This document shows positions 38,361 through 50,990 of a stretch of 64,000 bases of DNA, in pieces; the stretch's first letter is position 1, and the number at the start of each line of letters is the position of its first letter. The notes under the pieces were generated by a model. It was not told the origin of the DNA. It was given only the letters and a program-made list of their open reading frames with translations, and did no database searches. The position numbers and the translations under genes are program-made. Origin of the DNA: Octopus bimaculoides (Eukaryota); contig NC_068981.1 of NCBI RefSeq assembly GCF_001194135.2, positions 22,213,792 to 22,277,791 of the forward strand. Reading direction: 5' to 3'.

Positions 38361-39800
38361 CTGAAACAGTTGAAAATATAAAACATTTACAATATCAAAA
38401 ACAACAATAACAAAAAAAAAAAGTATATTAAGAAATAAGCTAATAGTAGCAACCATTCTAGTTTATTTACATGTATATAATTTGATCTATAGTAAGCAGA
38501 AACCCATTTCTACTTCAAAAATATCAGATGAAAAAGAGAAAATAAAATCAATATTTCTTAATCACTTATCATTGTTTTAAATGTTTGGCAGTATAATCAG
38601 GAAATTGTAGCACTGAAAGGCTCAAGCCTCAGGCTGATTAAAACACACAATAGTTACTAAGCTGATACTAAACTCTTGATGTCATTCACAGAGTAGTATA
38701 TATTTTTCTATAAAATTTAGATTTTGCTTTCATGATAAAATCAATTTGATCAATCAATCTAAATTTAGCCAGAATTATCTTTGACTTAAATGCTGGAAAA
38801 GTGAAATTTGAACTAATGTTTCTCTCTATAAACTTACAATGTATAATATTGCAAGTGCCAAGTGAGAGAAGAGAAGAGCTGTCTATTAGAGAAATTGTAG
38901 CACAATTTTTGTTATGAGACAATATCACAGTATATTGAAAAAGTTAGACAAAAAACAAAATATCTTGAACCAAACTATGTAATGATCTCATGTAAGAATC
39001 TCAGAGATGAAAAGTGAATGGATTATTGTAAAAAAACAAACTGTTTGGTTTAATCGTGGAAACACTAATGTTAGTCAGTGATAATAGTAAGCATAGTTTA
39101 GATAATCAGCACTTAACACTTTTTAGTAATAATTAATTGAAAACACATCTGAATTTAATGGTTTCAAGAAATTTCATCGTAAACATTTTTGCTATAAGAA
39201 AATGCATTGAAAGAAATTTTTAAATGACATCATCATGTTTTTCTTTTAATGTTTGATGCTGACTAAAGATTTGCTTTTATGAAACCTTTTATCATTCTTT
39301 CTTTTTTTATTTTAAAAAATGCTGATAAATGCTTTATCATTGTCCATATGGCAAATTTTCCTATATGGTGAAATTTCTTACGGCAAATTTTCCAGACACG
39401 AAAATTTTATGCACAGCTCACTATGATATAGACTTACACCTCAACCTGTAATATATATAGTATACAAGTGTACATATAACCAAGAAGAAAATCTAAACTT
39501 AGAGAGAAAAGTGAGCTTCATATATACAGCAAAGAATGTTACTTGCCACATTGTGGGAAGATCATTTCACAACAAATTATTTGAAACACTCGAAACATCT
39601 TTTTGTTCACATTCTTTCTACAAGCCAACAAGGAAACTTCTATGTAGTCCTTGACATGTTAGTAAAAGTAGCCAAGCCTGCCTCAAATTACACCTTAATG
39701 TCTTTAAAAAGAAGGACTTAAGATTGAGTGACCATGGCAGGAACACCTTTTATGAAGGTTGACCATATTTTTTCTTCACTCTCTCCAGTTCTATATTAAT

Positions 39801-40081
39801 ATTGCTGCCGGACTGGCTCCCTTGCAGGTAGCATGTAAAAACACCTTTTGAGCGTGGTCGTTGCCAGTACTGCCTGATTGGCCCTCGTGCCGGTGGAACA
39901 TAAAAAGCACCCACTACACTCTCGGAGTGGTTGGCGTTAGGAAGGGCATCCAGCTGTAGAAACTTTGCCAGACCAGAATGAGCCTGGTGCAGCCTCTGGC
40001 TCCCCAGTCCTCAGTCAAACTGTTCAACCCATGCCAGCATGGAAAGCAGATGTTAAACGATGATGATGATGATGATGATGA
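39801..40081 (+). mobile_element. RTE 3' tail, inverted relative to the 36664 copy
   Basis: 'gtggttggcgttaggaagggcatccagctgtagaaac' and a (GAT)n tail. Confidence 0.9.
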
Positions 40082-40799
40082 TTGGATTTTCAGAAGCTTA
40101 TAGAAAAGAATTCTCATGACATTATTTCTATCCACTCAATGGTTCATTGACAGTTTTACCAGCTTATTTTAGAACAAATAAAAGCAGAATATATAAACAT
40201 TCTTCAGATAGTTATCTTAACTATTTTATATATTATTATGGCACATAGTGGTCCTAAAATTTTGTTTACCTCTTTCATATCTTCAGGCAAGATCTTAATC
40301 TAGATTTTCTTTTAATCTACCTTTAATCCATACTATATCTATATTTAATCCACATTTACAGAGTTGATTAGTCTATTTATGTTAATTGTATCTAAAATTG
40401 TATGTGATTCTCTAGCTTCAAGCTTAGGTCTGGTTTCAAGGCATATTGTAAACAAAAGTTAAATTTCCTCATGGATAGGACACATTTCTAGAAGGCATGT
40501 CATCTATTCCTGACAAGCAGAATTGAAGTATTGTATTTAGAAACACATCAAAAGATTTGTAGTAGAAATGAACACAAAATCTACAAGTCTAACAGTACAA
40601 TGAAAAAATATCTGAACTAATATATAACATCTAATGCAATAGTTTAACTGAAATTTGTTAGACTGACCATTTCTTCTTTTGCTTTAGTCAAATTCATTTT
40701 ATTTGACTGCTGTTGTGGTTATTGCACCTTGAACATCTATAATCAGAATGTGTTCCACCTGTGTACATCTTGTCTTTTTATTTATTTTTTTTAATCTAG

Positions 40800-41171
40800 G
40801 ACTTGTTTCAGTCATTTAACTGCGGCCATGCCTTTAGTTGAGCAAATCGACCCCAGGACTTATTCTTTGTAAGCCTAGTACTTATTCTATTGGTCTCTTT
40901 TGCCGAACCGCTAAGTTACGGGAACGCAAACACACCAGCATCGGTTGTCAAGCGATGTTGGTGGGGACAGATACACACACACAAACATATATATATATAC
41001 ATATATATGACGGGCTTCTTTCAGTTTTTGTCTACCAAATCCACTCACAAGGTTTTGGTCGGCCCGAGGCTAAAGTAGAAGACACTTGCCCAAAGTGCCA
41101 CGCAGTGGGACTGAACCCAGAACCATGTGGTTGGTAAGCAAGCTACTTACCACAGAGCCACTCCTGCGCCT
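40800..41171 (-). mobile_element. Young SINE family A1
   Basis: Complete head, with CpGs retained. Confidence 0.9.
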
Positions 41172-41763
41172 ACTTATCTAATGTGTCTTACTTTTTTTCT
41201 TTTTCAAACAATAAGATGTGATTTGAAGTGAAGCTGTTTTTAGCAGATTGAACAACCATATAAAGACTCCTACAATGGCTAACCATTTTTTACTTGTCTC
41301 AGTTTACATAGATACAAACACACACATACACAGAAAAAAGCCCCTCATCTTAGTACTTATATCCATCACTTTTGTTGAACTGCTAGGTTCATATACAACC
41401 CGACATCAGTTGCCAAACAGCGTTGTATGTGGGTAACACAAACATAGGCACATACACGCGGATATATCTGTGTTACATATATATATATGCACATATACAT
41501 ACATGACAGGCTTCCACACAGTTTCCATCAACTAATTTCACTCACAAGGCATTGGTTGGTCTAGGACTATAGTAGAAAATGCTTGCCCAAGGTGCTGCAC
41601 AAGTGGGACGGACCCTGACTGAGCAAGCTTTTTAGTCAAACTGTTGAAATTAATAACAATGAAATCAAATAGTTTGTAGCCAAATGAAAATGAAAATATA
41701 CAACACTGCTGTTGTTACATTGTGATAGATAACAAAATAGAAGTCTGTAATAGAGACCACGGT

Positions 41764-42132
41764 CACCACCATCATTGTTTTAGTACCCACTTTTCCAGGT
41801 TTGCATGAACCAGATGAAATCCATTGAAGAAGATTTTCTACAGCCAGGTCCTCTTCTTGCTGCCAATATTCCTTGTTTCCAAGTAAGTTAATGTTTTCCT
41901 AAGTCCTTTAAACACAAACATTGCAGAGGCCAGTCATGTTTCCACAGAGGATTGCAAATGAATGACAGTGATGTTCATTAACAATTAGTGAGAAGGAGAC
42001 ACATGAACACACATACATCCACACAACAGGCTTCTTTTAGTTTCCATCTACCAGAGTTACTCACAAGGTTTAGGTTGGCCTAGGATTATTGTAGAAGATA
42101 CTTGCCCAAGAAGCCATACGATGGAACTGAAC
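41764..42132 (-). mobile_element. SINE family A2, degenerate
   Basis: Same composite structure as 28351-28735. Confidence 0.6.
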
Positions 42133-42559
42133 ATCTTTGTATGCTCACAAACAAACATAAATACAGACAGTTTAGATAAGAACTCAAAGAATTACACACA
42201 CACACAACCATGTATCTTCAACAGAAAGACACTTGTTCTTATCCTTCTACCATACTCTTGTTTTTGACACCTAGTATAAGACATAAGCCACCTCCCTCAG
42301 TACTACACCTCCACTCAATCAAGGGGTCTGGCCTTGCAAGTTACTCGGCAACTTCACTAGTGCTGGTGAAACAGAAAAGCACTCAGTACACTCTATAAAA
42401 AAGTTTGTATTAGGAAGGGCATCTACCAATAGAAACTATAATGAAACAGACAATGGAACCTGCCCGGTTTCGGGTTCAATCCCACTGTATGGCAACTTGG
42501 GCAAGTGTCTTCTACAATAATCATGAGACAATCAAAGCCTTGAGTGAATCTGGACATAC

Positions 42560-42594
<35 letters not shown>

Positions 42595-42785
42595 GGGTGA
42601 AATTAACAAAAAACAACAGACGAAGACAGGTGGTGTTGAAAACAATTAGATGTATTAGTATAATGCTCGGGAACTGAGAAAGTCTTTTTAACGTTTCGAG
42701 CCTACGCTCTTCTACAGAAAGGAACACGGAAAGAAACAAAGAGAGAAAAAAATGTGTGTAGTGGTCAGGAGAGTTAAGAAGGGAA
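42595..42785 (-). mobile_element. Penelope-like fragment inserted in a SINE microsatellite, carrying a hammerhead-like motif
   Basis: Minus strand 'ctgtagaagagcgtaggctcgaaacgtt'; flanked by the (TA)n/(CATA)n of a split SINE A2 (42470-43020). Confidence 0.5.
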
Positions 42786-43161
42786 GACACATACATACAT
42801 ACATACATACATACATACGTGTTTGTGTGTCTTGACATTGCATGATGGTTGTAAAATGAATATCACTGCTGTGCAAGTAGAGTTGTTCACTTCCAGCCTT
42901 CAGTGCAAAAACAAATGAGGGTTGGTGACAAGAAAGGCATCCAGCAGTAGAAAATCTACTTCAACAAATTCTGCTTGATCCATGCAAGCATGGGAATGTA
43001 GATAGTAAAACAATGATAATTATCTTGCTGTTGACACATACACACACACACACACATATATATATATATTATTTATATTATTATATGATTGAATGCCACA
43101 CATTCTCTTCCAAGTAAGTTTCATACATATATATATATACTTGAATCTTGCTGGAATGGTG

Positions 43162-43213
<52 letters not shown>

Positions 43214-43519
43214 TATAAAATTGCCATGGTTTATTTATATATTCAATATCATGCAAAGTGTTCTGGCTAATTTTGAATAACTTTGTATATAATATGTAAC
43301 TATGGAAATTAAAAAGATTTTGAACTTTTGCCAGATGGTTTAATGAATAGAAATATCTTGAGAAATTTTCGTCATCTCTTTATATAGAAAACTTTGCATA
43401 TGAATATTTGATAGACATAGTGTATAAAATATTTATATGTGTGAAAACAACTGACCATAAGTGAAAAGCCCTCACACATCACCAGGTAGTAACACAAACT
43501 ATCTCCTATAGGAATGCAG

Positions 43520-44485
43520 GAAACAGATATAAACCTACACGCTCCAGAAACCGTTTTTTGAGTTGCAGCCATCAGAGTTGATATGATGGAAAGTAGATTA
43601 GAAGAGATTATAGAAATGCTAAAGTGTGTGATATGTATAAGAAGCAAAATAGCAGGAAACCTCAGCCGGATAGCAAAGGGACAAATTTTTTTTTAGATGG
43701 GTAGCAGTGATGGGTGATGATGCAGGCATATTCTTAGTGGAGAAATGGACAGATAAAGTAACTGATGGAGTCAGAGTGTGTGATGAAGTAATTAAGTATT
43801 GAGCAATGTAACAGCAATTCTTGCATATACTCCACAAATAGACCTAATAGACGAACAAAAGGACTGTTTTTATGAGTTTCGCCTGCAGACTATATTGATA
43901 ACAATTGACAGTAACCACATATCATAATGGGCAATTTTAACAAACATAGTGGTGGTCAATATCATAATGGTCTCTCTGGTATCCATGATGTTTCTGGATA
44001 TGGTACAAAAATGAGGAGGGATTAAGGATCCTGGAATTCTGTGATGCAAATGATCAAATGATTTGCAATGCTAACTTTAAGAAACCATCTGATGAACAAA
44101 CGAATTAGACAGACTCAAGAAACAGGATAAATAGATAGACAGTTGTGAGTCTTACGTTTTCTTTAATGAAGAATGCACTACTCAACAGAGACTTTTGATC
44201 ACGGACTTCAGTAAGAAATACACAGACCTAGTAACAGAAGATAATCTGGAGAAGGAGCTATGGAAGTTGAAAGAGACCTTTATACTAGAAAACAGCACAA
44301 GTGATGTTATCTTCCTAGTGAGGCAACTGAAGGAAAAGTAGTTCGGAGTATAAGCAGTTGAGCAGGGTTCAACATCTGATAATTACTAATGAAACAAAGG
44401 ATAGAAGACTGGCTTGTGAAGGCCATTGTAACAGTCATGTACAGAGGTGTAATTAGCAAGTTGAGAGTCAGAATGAATTTAACAA
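43520..44485 (+). mobile_element. Degenerate RTE LINE: AP endonuclease plus part of RT, with a large internal deletion
   Basis: GIFLVEKW, AYTPQ...EQKDCFYE, GNFNKHSG, NEEGLRILEFCDAN...NANFKKP, STSDVIFLVRQLKEK, EDWLVKAI. Confidence 0.85.
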
Positions 44486-46107
44486 CATATTCAACATGCA
44501 ACCAGAGGTTCACTGGGGCTCAGTTTTTAACTCTTTCCTTCTTTTATAGTTCCCGAGGCCACAATAAAAGAGCTTAAAACTGGTTGTTCATGGGAACCCC
44601 TGTATGGTGATAGTTATTATAGCAGAATCTGTAACAGTTTTAGAAGAAATTCCAGACATAAAAGCTAAACCTGGATTTGAGGGGCCACAAAGAAACCTTA
44701 AACAAAAAGGTGGGGGCACATAAGTTTTATTAAGAAAGAAGACAGGGTCCTAAAATCACCAGGGAAACAGTGATATATGTGTATTGCTGTGTAAAACATC
44801 AGTGTGTTTATGTGTTGTATACACATACACACACATGGATGTAGGCATGGCTAATTGAGTGGATAAGACAGTTACACCACAACCATGATATCACTGCATG
44901 CTATCTTGGGCAAGTATCTTTACTTTAACTTCAGGCTGATTCAAGCCCTGTGAGTGAAATTGGATAAATGGAAACTGTAGAAACCTATACTTGTAGTTCA
45001 AAGAGTCAACTGTGTCATTTTGATTTCACCTGAGAATTATATTAAGGATACATGTGTTTGCAGACAACTCACCGATTTTACACAGTAATTCAAAGATTAA
45101 GTTATTCAGCCAGTCCAACCCATGCCAGCATGGAAAACAGATGGATGATGATGATGAATTGATAAGACAACTGGCTGCTCATATATTGAAATTAGCAGGA
45201 GAATCCATTACACATACACACAACTGATGCATACATATGTAAATTGTGCATGTCAGCTGTGCAAGTATACCTGAATGCATCTGTGTTATTTCTTTACTAC
45301 CCACAAGGGGCTACACACAGAGGGGACAAACAAAGACAGACAAACGGATTAAGTCGATTACATCTGTGTGCTTGTGTACATCTATGCATAGCTAGCAGCC
45401 TTGAATATTTGTGTGGGTCTGTGTGTGTGCACATTTCATTGAGGAATAACATCAACACTCCAAGACCGGAGGGCTTTGATACCAACCATTTACTTTGGTG
45501 CTCTCATTGCTGGAAAGCAATTGAAGATGTCGAGAAGAAACACATTTGACACCACCAGAAAGCAGAAAAGAGGCTTACATGAAGATTAATACCTAATTTT
45601 TTCAACCAAGCATTCACAAGTCCTGTATGCATCTGAAGTTGCATATAAAAAGTTGTGATGTACAGTCATCAAAGAATCCTTAATTGAAGCAGAAATGGTC
45701 ATCATAGAATTCAGTAGATCGACTGCATGTGTGTATATGTTTAGTGGGCAACATTCATCTCCAAATCAAATTTAATACCCATTAATATTAATCTTCCCTT
45801 ACGTTAACAGACGTCAATTTCCTGTTACTCAATGACCATAACAAATAACCAATATTTTTTTTTACTTTATTTCATAGTAATTTTCATTCTCTAATATTTT
45901 TGTAACATTCTGTTTTTGTAACACTTTAAACAAATGCTATCTTAGGTATGGAAGGAAATTGATGACATAATATATTATACACACATTTATATCGTAAAAA
46001 ATGACTAATAAACTATACAACAAATTAGAAAACATAATATACATATATATATATATATACATATATGTATAAACATACATACACATATATATACATGCAT
46101 ATATATG

Positions 46108-46291
46108 CTGGTGGCACGTAAAAAGCACCCACTACACTCTTGGAGTGTTTGGCATTAGGAAGGGCATCCAGCTGTAGAAACTTTGCCAGATCAGATTGGA
46201 ACCTGGTGCAACCTTCTGAATTGTCAACCCTCAGTCAAACCATCCAACGATGCCAGCATGGAAAGCCGACATTAAATGAAGACGATGATAA

Positions 46292-46295
<4 letters not shown>
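46108..46295 (+). mobile_element. RTE 3' tail
   Basis: 'tggcacgtaaaaagcacccactacactc...ggaagggcatccagctgtagaaac'. Confidence 0.85.
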
Positions 46296-46327
<32 letters not shown>

Positions 46328-47033
46328 TTACACACACATACGCTACAACAGACAACTGAGTCCAGACAGCTACCTGCTAGCCAGCTCCATCATCCAGCCC
46401 AAGCAAGCATGAAGACTGGACCCTAAAAGATGATGATGATATACATACATACACCCCCCCCACACACACACACTACTTCAACATGTCTATCAAGTGACCC
46501 TGTGTGCAAAGGAAGAAATACCATTATGGTGGTGACCAAAAAAGTAAAAAAAATGTTGATCCACATGTTTTCTTACATCTTGCTTAACTTTGCTCTTCAT
46601 TCTTCAGAGATCGATAAAATTTAATACCAATACTATATGAGGGTTGAAATCAATCAATTGTATCCCAGGCCCTACAGAAGTTGGCTTTGAGCCTAGCCTA
46701 AAAAAAAATCAATATTTATTAATAACAGCACAACCATTACTCTCCCCATCTCACTGACCTACTAATCTGCACATCGATTATTATAGGAATAAATTTAACA
46801 GACCGAAATATATACACGGAAATTTTCAAATTCATTGCTAACCTGTTTTGTCAAAGACAATGTAAAAGACATAAATTAACGTCTCAAAGACAATCAAGTC
46901 TTTAAGCAAGAATAGTTCAGCAAGTGGCAGAAATAGTGGTGCCAATTGAATTGTTTTGCAATATTTCGTTACATCTCATTGTATTGAGTTCAAACTCTGC
47001 TAGGTTCAAATTTTCCTTCCAACAATCTGGGTT

Positions 47034-47225
47034 TCATCATCATCATCATCATCATTGTTTAATGTCCGCTTTCCATGCTAGCATGGGTTGGACGATTTGA
47101 CTAAGGACTGGCAAGCCAGAAGGCTGCACCAGGCTCCAATCTGATTTGGCAGAGTTTCTACAGCTGGATGCCCTTCCTAACGCCAACCACTCTGAGAGTG
47201 TAGTGGGTGCTTTTTACGTGCCACT
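47034..47225 (-). mobile_element. Young RTE 3' tail
   Basis: Nearly identical to the 32746 copy. Confidence 0.9.
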
Positions 47226-47285
47226 GACACAAAAACACAAAAAAAGTATCAGTAATATACTGGTTTAACTTAACCAACCATACAA

Positions 47286-47650
47286 CATCATTGTCATTTA
47301 ATGTCCATCTTTCTATGCTTGCATGGGTCAGACGGAATTTGTTGAGTCAGATTTTCTGCAGCTAGATGCCCTTACGGTTGTTAATCCTCACCTGTTTCTA
47401 AGCAAGGTAAGATTTTACTCTGTCCAGACATGTTTTTCATAGAGACTGGTAATGAACAATCTTACTTGTAAGACAATGATGTTCAATGCAACTATCAAAT
47501 GTCTGGACAAGGGGGTGCACAAGCACATATACACACACAACAGGTTTTATTTAGTTTTTGCCTATCAAATCCCCTCACAAGGCTTTGGTTGGTGTAAGGT
47601 TATAGTAGAAGACATTAGTCCAAGTGGGCATACAGCGGGACTGAACTCAC
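47286..47650 (-). mobile_element. SINE family A2
   Basis: Composite structure as 28351-28735. Confidence 0.7.
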
Positions 47651-50600
47651 TTCCTTAAAGATTTGTGGCCAGAGGCAAAAATCATATTGCAACATATTAC
47701 CTAGCCCAGGTAAAGAAATTGTAAAATAAAGAGCGTACGTACTCTTCTTATTTCATCATAGCTCATTAGCAAGAGGAAACACAATGTGCTGCTGGCTAAC
47801 TAACTTTGACAGGTTTGGTGGCAATGTACTGATTAGGTTGGCCTAGATCAGGAGATAATGGTTAATGGCCTCCTTAATGTTTTTCTCTTTGATAATGAAA
47901 AGGGAAGTAGTTGAGGAGAGGAGGAAAATAAACAGAGGAACTTTTGCAGACTATATACATGAAAAAAAGATTTCTGAAAAAAGAAAAGAAAAAAAAAGGG
48001 TGAGGAGTAAAAGAAAGTAAGTATGGAGAAAATGAAGTATAATAGTTTAAGAAAGGTCTCTTTAGTGCATAGTGTTATGATAAAAATTGCAGACAAAATG
48101 TACCAGGAGCCATATATTTTTGTTGCAACACCATTGTAGAATATTTAATCAAGATCTGCTTGTTTATTTTAAATTATTGTGCAGAGCTACCATCACTCCA
48201 TCAGGTGCCACTGTTTTACTGTTTGGTCATGGTTGTTTGCTCGCTTGTTTGTTTTGTTGAATCATAGAAAAAACAAAAAAAACTAGGAAATTTTTATAAT
48301 TCTCTTTTTTTTTTTTTATGAAAGATCAAGTAGAGTAATGAATGTTGATTTATTAGTAAGTTGAGTGAACTTTAAATATATAGCAGCCCTGCTCTATTCA
48401 TTGAAGTTATGGTTATATGAAATGCAAATCAATTGAATGAAATACAAAATGCAATAGAAATAAATTGAGACAAGGTGAAGTAGGAATTATACTAATAACT
48501 TGCTTAGTTAATCATGTAATGTATGATTTCATCTATGGCTAGTGTAGCAAAGAAGGGTAATTATAGAGGTAAAAGTTTTGAAAGTTGGCTTCGTTGAGAA
48601 GACAATAACACAATATGATTAGCCGAGATGGAATGCAGTGTGGATTTGTACTATAATGTAAGACCATATATGTCATGTTTCTAGAAAGACAACTGTAAAG
48701 AAACTACTCTTTGACATTTGGTGCCTTGGAGGGGCCTTCAACTGAAGCCCACACTCCACAACTTGATGGGTCCAAAGAAAAATTGTGTGTAGATGAATGA
48801 TTTATGACAGCTGTTCAAGTAAAATATGTTGTAAATCAATTTCGGTTTATCAGTGTATTTAATGGATGAGTTTGTAAATGTGAGTGTTCACCAGAGATCT
48901 GTTTTCTGTACAATAGTATTTATTATAGTTAAGGTATGACTAAAGAAAAAAATGTCTTTAGAAACTTTTAATGCTGATGATATGCATCTTGAGCAACAGA
49001 AAAAGTTTCAGACTCAAAATAATAGTTTAAAGGTGGCCCAATGCCTAAAAGTCATCATGGTAAACACAAAATTCTTAATTAGTAATAGAGAGTACAAAAT
49101 CGAAGTGCCATTTAAAAGTAGCCTTCTTGAAGTGAGTAGACAGTAACTTAATACTACGTACTCAGTAAAGAACAAACAGAAAAAATGCAGTGGGATTTCT
49201 GGCAGACTGATGGGGAACCAGAGATTCATAGGCCCTACTGTTTAAATTGTGTGTACAATACAGAATTTTCCCTTATTTCTTACAAGGTCACTTCCAGAAG
49301 GTACTGGTTGTAGTAAATTTAACGAAGGAGATAAGAATGGTCATGATAAAAGTCTACTGTTTCTGTCATTACACTACTCTTCAAAATAAGGAGTAACAAC
49401 AATGTTAATGGATTTTTAATTATACATCAAATATTTATTTGTGAGATAAGATATTAAGTGACTTTCCTAAAATCACTTTACTACACAGAACAGATATTCA
49501 CAGCTCTATCAGTAGTGTAAAAGTAAATAGTGTTGCATGGAAGACTAAGTCTGATAAATATAATTTTTCTTTCTTTTTTTTTCTTTTTTTTTTCGTAGAA
49601 GTGAGATAGATGAGTCGACTGGATGCTGGAATAAAAACACACGGGGTTTAAGTTCAAATCTGCTGCAGGTGATTTGTTGTTTCCAAGTTGATACAATCAT
49701 CAGAAAAAAAAGTATGAAGTCACATGGAAATATTATCTGCAATATGCTGGCATTAAATCCAGAGGGAGATTTATCATCCATTCACTTCACCCAATGAAAC
49801 TAGAACGAAGCACTGGTACACAAAGTCTCTCAGTGTTTTAAGAGATTATGTACAAGTCAAGGACTTAATCACCTATCCACCATGTCAGTAACTCTAATAA
49901 TTACTTTGTACACAGAATACAAAACCTCGATATTTTTTATGTTGGAAGAACAGGAAGTGAAATGGCTCCAACTAAAAACTGAAGCCAACTCAGATAATTG
50001 GCTTGTCATGAAACGACAATAAAGATGGACATGACATTAGGTCAGTTTTTGCAGAAGAGTTGACTGGAATATTAGTACCCTTGGGAAAAGTAGTTGGTTT
50101 TAGTAGGATTTCAGTAGGAAACAAATGGATAACTGCATAACTGGTTACTACATGTCTGTATTGCTAGGTCTCTTTACCATCTTATAATAATTCTGCTTGC
50201 TTCTGTTATTTAGCCTATTTGTAATGCTTCCAGTGATTAGGGGGGTGGGGGTGATGGTGAGTGAAATGTGTAATTGTTTTTCTTTTGAACTAAGTTGTTT
50301 TCCTTTGTTACTTAGCCTGTCTGTAACACTTTCATGTGATTAGTTGAAGGGCAAAGCAGAGAGCAAAAGAAATAGAGAGTAAGGCAGAGTGAGAGAGCTG
50401 TGTATTAAGTCTATAACATTGAGCATAAAGTATATAAAGTGTATCTATAAAGTGCATCAAGTAAACATTATATTCCAATTTCTTTCAGTTTTCAAAGATT
50501 GGCAAATGAGCGACTTTTGATGCAGACACAACACAGGCTACACTTTCAGGTTTTTTTGGATATAGTTTTCTGAAATAACCCAAAAAGTTTACCATTAGTT

Positions 50601-50804
50601 TCGTGAAATATTCACAGGTCCCACTAGAAATAATAATTTCTTTTATTGAACCAAGTACTTGATTGGGAATAATTTCAGTGATTTAGATGAAAGGCAAACT
50701 TGACTTCATCAGATATTGGACTTAGTACTTAAAAGGGACATAACTAAATACCACAAAACACTTTGGTTTTCTACTGATAATAATAATTGTTTCTAATTTA
50801 GATG

Positions 50805-50990
50805 CAAGGCCAGTATTTTTGAGGGGAGGGGCTTAACTGATTACACACTTCAGGCAAGTATTCTGTGTTATAAATGCCGGAAGAATGAAAAGTAGAGTTG
50901 ACTGCTGGAATTTGAATTCAGAAATAAATATCACAAAGCATTTATTTAATGTTCTTAATGATTCTGCCAGTTCACTGCCCTTGATAATCA
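50805..50990 (-). mobile_element. SINE family C, degenerate
   Basis: 'caaggccagtatttttgagggg...gattacac...ggaatttgaattcagaa'. Confidence 0.55.

Noticed and set aside
44503-44602. Possible 100-bp hAT MITE (cagaggttcac / gggaacccctg)
   Set aside because: Short imperfect TIRs, no 8-bp TSD and no second copy.
49561-49670. Strong + strand pyrimidine tract with AG
   Set aside because: The downstream sequence resembles a decayed SINE C head, and there is no recognisable protein or partner exon.
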